64,000 nt of DNA from a virus: IMG/VR virus record IMGVR_UViG_3300045988_188298, positions 1-64,000 of that record; one strand, given 5' to 3'. The notes under the pieces are model-generated. The model worked only from the letters and a program-made list of their open reading frames with translations, ran no database searches and was not told where the DNA came from. Below, piece by piece: positions 57,347-64,000 of the stretch (within the stretch, counting starts at the first letter, position 1; the number at the start of each line of letters is the position of its first letter). Both the position numbers and the translations under genes were made by a program.

Positions 57347-57721
57347 CTATACAACTTCTACAGCACGAATAGAAATAATTGCTGTAGAACCTGACCAATT
57401 AGACACATCCCACCAAGAAACCTTAATGTCATCATTTTTGTTATCAATCTCAGAAGCACATTCAATCATTTTCTTTTCTAAAAGTTTCAACAAATCTTCA
57501 AATTTATTTTCTCCATCAACTTTCTCTCCATTAACATCTGGCCTATAGAGATTTTCTGCCATGCTTTCGAGGAGATTTTCTCTGAATAGGTCTACAACCT
57601 TTTGGACAAATTTCATCTTGTCATCAGAAGCTAATTCCAAAACTGTTCTTTCAGGCTCTATAAACTTATATCCGCCATATTCAGCTTCCTTCAAATTTAC
57701 TTTCAAAACATATACATTCAT
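57347..57721 (-). CDS. Hypothetical protein
   Basis: ORF. Confidence 0.4.
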   Translation of the reverse strand: MNVYVLKVNLKEAEYGGYKFIEPERTVLELASDDKMKFVQKVVDLFRENLLESMAENLYRPDVNGEKVDGENKFEDLLKLLEKKMIECASEIDNKNDDIKVSWWDVSNWSGSTAIISIRAVEVV

Positions 57722-57862
57722 TCTTATATCTCCTATTTCACTACTTTTAATTTATTTTTTAACTTTACATCTATTATATCAAAAAAATATGAATTTGTAT
57801 ACTTTCACAAACAAAAAAGAAGCTATATTTTAGCTTCTTTTTGTTATTAATTAAATAGAACA

Positions 57863-58237
57863 TTATTCTTCAGAACTTTCTCGAATCAACGTATTCAGAA
57901 TATCAGCAAGTTCTTCAATGTCTCCCAAATCTAATTTTTCAAAATTAATCTTAGAAAAATTTTCCTTAACTAATTTAATCATTTTTGATTTTTGGAGTTT
58001 TTGATGATGTTTACTGATTTTCTCTGGAGTAGCTTCTTCAAGTCTAACAACAGAATAACCGCTTCCTGCTTTTCCAAGATGAGAAAAAGTTGAATTGAAA
58101 ACTGTAATTCTGCCTGTAGGAGTAATTTTGGAAACTTTACCTAGTTTTAACGAAAAATCGCTCCTGACAAAAACGTTATCACCGACTTTAAGGTTTCCAA
58201 GCCATCCTGTGCGTTTATCTTTATCCATATTATTCAC
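57863..58237 (-). CDS. Hypothetical protein
   Basis: ORF. Terminator at 57820-57850. Confidence 0.4.
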   Translation of the reverse strand: MNNMDKDKRTGWLGNLKVGDNVFVRSDFSLKLGKVSKITPTGRITVFNSTFSHLGKAGSGYSVVRLEEATPEKISKHHQKLQKSKMIKLVKENFSKINFEKLDLGDIEELADILNTLIRESSEE

Positions 58238-58248
58238 CTTATCCTTTC

Positions 58249-59178
58249 TTATTCCGCCAAAAGTTTTTCAATTTTTTGCTTCAATTCTTGAATAAAAGTG
58301 AAATCTTTGAACAAATCATCATAAACAGCTTTGTCTTCCTTTTCTGTTTCAATCTTAATGTTTTTGAGGACTTTCTCTACAGAAAGTTCATCAGAAACAA
58401 TTTGAAGAAGATTATAGTAAAGTGCTTTCTTCAACTTTCCTTCGCCCTTTTTGAAGACCAATTTGTTTCCAGAAGGTAATTCCAGTTCAACTGTAACAAT
58501 TCGTGTTGCACCAGAACTGTTTTCGTTTTTCTTGAATTCGCTGTTTAGATTGACATTTACATCAAGTTCTTTAAATACGAGAAGAAGGTGAATAAATGAA
58601 GAACAGTTATCAAGCGCCATATCCACATATTCTGAATCTTCCCAATCAGAAAGCATGACATCATACTCTGACTCTAAATCACTTAAATGTTCAAAGCAAT
58701 CTTCATAAAGTGAATCAATGTCACTAATTCTTTCATCAGGATTATTTGTTAGAAATTCAATAATTTTATCATTTACAATTTCTCTAACATTTTGTTCAGA
58801 GGTAGATGAAAATTTATCACTCAAAAATCTCAAAACATGATATAAAACATCATTGAAAAATTCAAACCCAGATGATTTAGATGATGAACATCCATAGTAC
58901 AACTCCCCAATATGGGCTGCACCTAATTGTTCATATCTTTTTTCAATCTCTGACTGTACTTTTAGAAGGTATTCCATAAATTCTGAGAATGAGAAACTTT
59001 CAACAATTTGAATATCTTTATATTCAGCTATAAAAAATTCAATAGTATTGTCTTCAAGAATTCTTGCTTTTGATTCTCCAAAAGTCTCAAATTTTCCGTT
59101 AGTTGGGAAACCAAAAAAGTTTCTCATCAAATTAGCAACGAATTGTTCCAGCTCCATTTTTGTATTTGTTTTTGTCAT
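58249..59178 (-). CDS. Hypothetical protein (309 aa)
   Basis: ORF with a promoter module at 59205-59260. Confidence 0.45.
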   Translation of the reverse strand: MTKTNTKMELEQFVANLMRNFFGFPTNGKFETFGESKARILEDNTIEFFIAEYKDIQIVESFSFSEFMEYLLKVQSEIEKRYEQLGAAHIGELYYGCSSSKSSGFEFFNDVLYHVLRFLSDKFSSTSEQNVREIVNDKIIEFLTNNPDERISDIDSLYEDCFEHLSDLESEYDVMLSDWEDSEYVDMALDNCSSFIHLLLVFKELDVNVNLNSEFKKNENSSGATRIVTVELELPSGNKLVFKKGEGKLKKALYYNLLQIVSDELSVEKVLKNIKIETEKEDKAVYDDLFKDFTFIQELKQKIEKLLAE

Positions 59179-59317
59179 ATTCTTATGACCTCCTTAAAAA
59201 TAAAAATAATATTGTAAAATTAAATAAAAGTTTTACATCAAATATTATATAGCAAAAATAAAAAAAGAGAGTTAATGTAATAAAAACTCTCTTTTAACTA
59301 AAATGAAACAAAACAAA

Positions 59318-60253
59318 TTAAATTAATTTATCGTATGTTGCTCTATAAAAAGACACGGCATCTTCTAAATCTTGGAAATCAAAATCTTCTGAAAACCAGC
59401 TTTTCTTGATTTTCCCAGAAAACAAATTACGGAACAATTCATAATGTTCATCCTGTCGAGCTGGCTCTAAAAATCTTCCTTCCGCATCTTTTAAATAACC
59501 CTTACAAGGAATAAATAAAGCATTATTGATAACCAATGCCAAAGATACTCTGATATTTTTAGTGAATTGAATTGGATATGAACAAGAAAAAGTCTTTGGA
59601 ATCCAATTTTCTATATTAACAATTTTGAATTGAGCATAAACTCCATCATTGACATCCACAAAGTTATTCAATTGATAACTTATTAAAATCACATCTTTAA
59701 GCCAAATATAAATATCCTTATATTTGTTAGATACATGACCTTGCCCACCAGCAATGCCATTTCCACAGAAAATCAATTTCTCATAGACTTTTTTTAACCC
59801 AGAAGAAATTTCCTGCTTTTGCTCATAGGAAACAGTTAAAATTTTAACCTTTTCTACAATTGTTTCTGTAGACGTTGAGCTTGTTGTTAGTTCTAACATT
59901 TTTTGCCGATATTCTCTATCGAAAACATCTGGATTGGCTTTCATACGGATAGTTCTAGCTAAAGTATTGTAGACAACATTAAAGATGTTATCAGGTTTAT
60001 CTATCCCGTTATAAGAATCGCGGAAAATGCCTTCAAAATTATCTTTGATTTTATACCTTTCATCATCTTTAAATCTTTCAAAGACTTGGATATAAAGTTC
60101 ATCTTTGGTCAAAATAATTGTATTGTGGTTTTTATCTGATAAGAAAAGTTTTTCACCATCATTTTTCAATGAAAAGATTTTATCGACTAGTTCATCAACT
60201 TGAACTGTCAACACCTGCCACAAAACATCTTTCTCGAAATTTACACAAATCAT
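59318..60253 (-). CDS. Hypothetical protein. Start placed at the ATG with RBS AAGGAGAAT
   Basis: Trimmed from the track ORF 59318-60334. Promoter module at 60285-60330. Confidence 0.45.
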   Translation of the reverse strand: MICVNFEKDVLWQVLTVQVDELVDKIFSLKNDGEKLFLSDKNHNTIILTKDELYIQVFERFKDDERYKIKDNFEGIFRDSYNGIDKPDNIFNVVYNTLARTIRMKANPDVFDREYRQKMLELTTSSTSTETIVEKVKILTVSYEQKQEISSGLKKVYEKLIFCGNGIAGGQGHVSNKYKDIYIWLKDVILISYQLNNFVDVNDGVYAQFKIVNIENWIPKTFSCSYPIQFTKNIRVSLALVINNALFIPCKGYLKDAEGRFLEPARQDEHYELFRNLFSGKIKKSWFSEDFDFQDLEDAVSFYRATYDKLI

Positions 60254-60361
60254 ATTTTTAATTCTCCTTTTTATAAAATATTTTAATATATTGTAAAATG
60301 ATTTACACACTTTATTATAAAACAAAAAAGCCATTCAAAACGAATGACTTTTGTTTTATTA

Positions 60362-61720
60362 TTATTGTGCTTCGGCCTTGTATTTCACAAACAGTTCATC
60401 AAACAACTCAATGTTATTTACATAAAGTTGCAGTGCAGCATCAACCTCGGCTTTTCGTTCTTTGTAAGGTGATTGTCCAAGGTAAGCTTGGTTTAACAAC
60501 CAACGGATAATACAAGTAAAACTATTTGCGAATTCACTTTCGCTTCCATCTTTGACAGCTTTTAGTGTTGCCAGCATTTGACCATACGTCACATCAGTTG
60601 ATGGGCGGCGAACTACAGCAGAAACTTTAGCTTTTGCAAGTTCATATGAGATGCTAACATCTACATATTCAGGCAAAGCTTTACCTACTTCAGCCATAAT
60701 TTCTTTTGGTGATTTTTCAGGCAACAATTCCATTGATTCTGGTTGCTCTGGCAAGATTGCTTTTACTTCAGATACAGGAACATCCTCATTGCTTTCTTCA
60801 ATGAAATCAATTTGTACTGTTTCAGCTTGACCAGCATCCATGTTTGTCAACAAATCAGATGATTCATCAACAACGGAATTTTCTTCTCTAGATTGAACAT
60901 CTTCGGCCTCAATGTCTTCTTGAACATCGTTTGTTTCAGTAACAGCAGCTTGTTCTTCGGTAGATTCTTCTTTGTCTTCTTTAACATCAAACAACGAAAC
61001 TTCCTCAGATGAAGCATCTAAAGCGACTTCATCAGTTTTTTCTTCTTCAAATTGAACTTCTGTTTCAGCTTCAACAGCTTTAACCTCAATTGGTTGCTCT
61101 TCTGCTTCTACAGCAGTTTCTACAACTTCTTCAGGCTGTTCTTGTTTAACAGGTGCTTGCTGTTTACGAGGACGACCACGACGCTTTTTAGGCTTTTCTT
61201 CAGGTTGTTCTTCAATAGGAACTTCCTTGGTCTCCTCAGATGTTTTTGGAAATTCAACAACATTTGACTTTTCAGTGTTATCAGTTTCTTCTTGTACTTC
61301 TGGTTTTTCTTCTTCTTTTACCTTTAGTCCATGTTCTTTTTCGTATTCAGCTTTTTTAGCTTCACGAATTTCAAATGGTAAACCAAAACCAGCAGCAATG
61401 AGCGCAGCAGCGCGTGAGCGGCGCAGAGCTAACATTGGAGTTGTTTCTACTTTAGCTTTCATATCATCTGGAGATGCAACTCCAACAATATCTTTAGCCA
61501 AATAGGTTTCACCAACTTTGACGCTTGTGGTAGCAACGAAACTATCACCAACAAGATACATCTGACCTTGCTCTAAAGAACCATCCGGATGCACATTGTG
61601 GAACAATTCTAGCATATCATTGAACAACAAGAAAGCAGATGCTTTATCCTCAACATAGTCAAACTCAACTTGCGCCATTTTAGAAGCAAGTGCAACATCA
61701 ATTTTTTTATTATTAGCCAT
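60362..61720 (-). CDS. Acidic protein with a central AT-hook-like KKRRGRPRK motif (452 aa)
   Basis: Glu-rich low-complexity centre flanked by structured N- and C-terminal regions. Confidence 0.5.
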   Translation of the reverse strand: MANNKKIDVALASKMAQVEFDYVEDKASAFLLFNDMLELFHNVHPDGSLEQGQMYLVGDSFVATTSVKVGETYLAKDIVGVASPDDMKAKVETTPMLALRRSRAAALIAAGFGLPFEIREAKKAEYEKEHGLKVKEEEKPEVQEETDNTEKSNVVEFPKTSEETKEVPIEEQPEEKPKKRRGRPRKQQAPVKQEQPEEVVETAVEAEEQPIEVKAVEAETEVQFEEEKTDEVALDASSEEVSLFDVKEDKEESTEEQAAVTETNDVQEDIEAEDVQSREENSVVDESSDLLTNMDAGQAETVQIDFIEESNEDVPVSEVKAILPEQPESMELLPEKSPKEIMAEVGKALPEYVDVSISYELAKAKVSAVVRRPSTDVTYGQMLATLKAVKDGSESEFANSFTCIIRWLLNQAYLGQSPYKERKAEVDAALQLYVNNIELFDELFVKYKAEAQ

Positions 61721-61770
61721 TTATTTTTCCTCCTATACTTAAAGGGCTGAATGTCACAGTTGTTCCATTT

Positions 61771-62181
61771 TTATTTAACTGTGACCAAATCATATATAAA
61801 GCTTTGCGAATATTTTTTAGCTTTATATAAAGTTTCAAAACTAACATTCCCAGACTTCAAATCCAACAATTCTTTTTTTCTCAACCCCATATGCTTGAGC
61901 TTTGAATCTGAATTCAACTCTGGAAAATTATCCATTAGAGACTTCAATGCTTTTTGAGCATAGACGTATTGTTTCTGTGGGTCTGTGGTAGACGGCACAC
62001 ATTCACAATAGCTGATTGCTGTTTCAAAAACAACAATCCCTCTCTGAATTAGCGACAAGATTTCAAGTTTTTCAACCACTTGTGTAGTTTCCTGAAAAAC
62101 CTTTAGCTCTTGTTCAGCTAATTCTTTTTTGTTTATTAACTTTGCCCTCCTTTCCTGAAGGTCTTTGATGTAATCAATCAT
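61771..62181 (-). CDS. Hypothetical protein
   Basis: ORF with a promoter module at 62215-62270. Confidence 0.4.
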   Translation of the reverse strand: MIDYIKDLQERRAKLINKKELAEQELKVFQETTQVVEKLEILSLIQRGIVVFETAISYCECVPSTTDPQKQYVYAQKALKSLMDNFPELNSDSKLKHMGLRKKELLDLKSGNVSFETLYKAKKYSQSFIYDLVTVK

Positions 62182-62294
62182 ATATATTACACCATCCTTT
62201 CCTTTTGATTTTTAAATAAATAATATTGTAAAATAATAATTTACAAAATATATTATAAAACAAAAAACACCTAAAATAGGTGTTTTAAATTAAA

Positions 62295-62903
62295 TTAAGC
62301 ACGTTTCCGTCTATTTCTAAAATCTACGATTTTAGTGTCTCCATTACTTTTCAAGAGAGAGTAACGGAATCTATACCTTGTTACAACAATGTTATGTTGT
62401 CGTTTAAAACCTTCGACTTTTTTAAGCTTTGGAACTACAAACTTATACGGCTCAGGTGTTTCGCACAGTCGATAAAAACTACGTTTTGAGCGCTTTTCAA
62501 TGACCATTCTTGCATCTTCATAAGAAATGAAGAACTTGTTATCATAAATAACTTTATGAAGAATTTTCTCTTTGTTTTGAGCTCCTTCAAAGATATATTC
62601 CAAGAACATAGTGTCAGCCTCATAACGAGAAATAACTCCTGAAAACACAGTAACGAAAGACATTCTATCCATATACAATGATTTATGAATTTCATGTCTA
62701 TAAACATCATCTAGCCGTCCACTTCTGACTAAAATGACTTTCAAGTCTTCATCTTGATTGCCATTGTCAAATAGCAAAACACGATAGCCACTATCCAAGC
62801 CTCCTCGTTCAAAACGTGTCAAAACATATCCCTCATTGAACAATCTCTCAGTTTCTTTAGAGATGACTTTCGCAATCTCAAATTCTGGGTTGATAATTTT
62901 CAT
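62295..62903 (-). CDS. Hypothetical protein
   Basis: ORF with a promoter module at 62925-62975. Confidence 0.4.
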   Translation of the reverse strand: MKIINPEFEIAKVISKETERLFNEGYVLTRFERGGLDSGYRVLLFDNGNQDEDLKVILVRSGRLDDVYRHEIHKSLYMDRMSFVTVFSGVISRYEADTMFLEYIFEGAQNKEKILHKVIYDNKFFISYEDARMVIEKRSKRSFYRLCETPEPYKFVVPKLKKVEGFKRQHNIVVTRYRFRYSLLKSNGDTKIVDFRNRRKRA

Positions 62904-63054
62904 ATCATTTCCACTCCTTTTTTATTGTAATTAAAATAATTTTGTAAAAATAAATCTTTTACATATTCTATTATAACAAAAACAAAGGTTTCGTTTAACC
63001 ATGCGCTTAACTTCAAAAAACAACATCAAAAACAGAAAAAACAAAAAAAGGCTA

Positions 63055-63327
63055 TTAATAGCCTTTTATTTTTACACGATAGGTACTAAATTGAAAAAAA
63101 TGAGTAAAGTTGAATTGTCCAATAACAATAATTACCATACGAGGAATATCTAGGTTTTCATTCCCGATACCCAGTAAACACATAGTGATGCAAAGCATAC
63201 TTGCGAAAATCCCAAAAATATATGAAATGTTTGCTTTTATGAATTTGTGTTTATCAAAACAATTCACCAAAGCCCAAACAACATTAACACCAAGCAACAC
63301 CATATAAACAATATAAGAAATTTCCAT
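63055..63327 (-). CDS. Small membrane protein (three TM helices)
   Basis: Hydrophobic. Promoter module at 63355-63400. Confidence 0.4.
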   Translation of the reverse strand: MEISYIVYMVLLGVNVVWALVNCFDKHKFIKANISYIFGIFASMLCITMCLLGIGNENLDIPRMVIIVIGQFNFTHFFQFSTYRVKIKGY

Positions 63328-63457
63328 TTTTTCTCCTTATTTTTAGATAATTAAATAATAGTTGTAAAAAAACATTTACATCATTTATTATAATTCAAAC
63401 AAACAAGAAAAAAGCACCTGTAGAAACAGATACTTTTATTTAATTTTATTTTAAAAA

Positions 63458-63958
63458 TCACGATTTAGAGCGGATATATTCCCGGACTTCCATCAAGGCT
63501 TTTCCTGTAATATTTTCTCCTTTCCAACTATTCACATCTTGCACTGCCTGTGGTGCAACATTCGCATTAAGTCCAATACCATAGAATTTATCATATGGAT
63601 TAGCTTCGGCCAAAATTGCATCACCAGTAGATAATAACAGTTTTTTGAGTTCTGAGTTTTGAGAGAATTTCAGGTACATCCCGTTTTTAAGGATGCTGTA
63701 GAAATGTTCATCCCAGACTTTCTTGTCAAAAGCAAAAACTTTTCGGCCAAGCCGCTTGATATATAAAGGATTTTCCTCTATAAGGATTTTATCAGCGACT
63801 TTCTCGTCTTTGAAGAGCTTTGCCTTATTCCACATAAAGAATTGTTCTACTGAGTAGAAATTGATTCCTTTGTGTGTGAATTCGGCGCGTGCGAAGTTTG
63901 AAAATACTTCATATCCATTCTTCAATTGAGAATAGAAAGGGATTATTTTTTGTTCCAT
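63458..63958 (-). CDS. NADAR/YbiA-family (DUF1768) protein
   Basis: Motifs FSNF, EQFFMWNKA and the overall 166-aa size typical of the family. Confidence 0.65.
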   Translation of the reverse strand: MEQKIIPFYSQLKNGYEVFSNFARAEFTHKGINFYSVEQFFMWNKAKLFKDEKVADKILIEENPLYIKRLGRKVFAFDKKVWDEHFYSILKNGMYLKFSQNSELKKLLLSTGDAILAEANPYDKFYGIGLNANVAPQAVQDVNSWKGENITGKALMEVREYIRSKS

Positions 63959-64000
63959 AACTTTTTACTCTCCCGGTTTTTCTCGTTTTACAAGAATTTC

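Noticed and set aside
863-63400. Possibility that the recurring roughly 45-bp elements form a CRISPR array or MITE family
   Set aside because: Copies are separated by whole genes of variable length. They are always positioned between a terminator and an RBS and are oriented with the downstream gene. That behaviour fits promoters, not CRISPR repeats or transposable MITEs.
1-64000. Alternative genetic code (UGA as Trp, Mollicutes-like) suggested by the AT-richness and the tetranucleotide-repeat methyltransferase
   Set aside because: Long uninterrupted ORFs of up to 1399 aa terminate cleanly with the standard code. LPxTG proteins and tmRNA indicate a walled Firmicute.

Overview
This 64-kb window is AT-rich, uses the standard genetic code, and looks like it comes from a low-GC Gram-positive, Lactobacillales-like background. 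That placement rests on three LPxTG sortase substrates, one of which has a YSIRK-type signal peptide.

The window is not ordinary core chromosome. It contains no ribosomal, metabolic or other housekeeping genes. Instead it is a dense array of short transcription units, most of them a single gene. Nearly every unit has its own copy of a conserved AT-rich palindromic promoter module and its own intrinsic terminator.

Recognisable content falls into these groups:
- DNA metabolism genes typical of large phages: an ATP-dependent DNA ligase, dUTPase, YopX, a GIY-YIG endonuclease and a NADAR/YbiA-like protein.
- Three DNA methyltransferases, each associated with a simple-sequence repeat: an (ACTC)n tetranucleotide run at the start of the window, a G9 tract and a G6 tract. 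The last two frameshift the C5-methyltransferase genes. One of them sits in an M-C-R style operon with a short HTH controller and a 472-aa putative endonuclease.
- Three TnpB RNA-guided-nuclease-type genes: one IS605/IS1341-like, one orphan IS607-type, and one complete IS607 element with a serine-recombinase TnpA. Each is followed by a candidate omega-RNA region.
- An SPFH/flotillin gene.
- Two Panacea-domain (DUF4065) genes, one of them paired with a multi-pass membrane protein and a candidate toxin-antitoxin pair.
- Three paralogous 70-aa XRE regulators, each with a different partner.
- Two tandem paralogue families.
- A 1.35-kb ORF-free, GC-richer segment that carries a tmRNA with a canonical sigma-A promoter and tag peptide ANNFATDMAA, a tRNA-Arg(UCU), and about 740 nt of additional structured non-coding sequence of unknown identity.

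No virion structural genes, CRISPR arrays or rRNA were recognised. My best reading is a segment of a large phage-like or mega-mobile element, or a heavily phage-derived accessory island. It carries anti-defence or defence cargo, possibly phase-variable methyltransferases, and an unusually large non-coding RNA locus.
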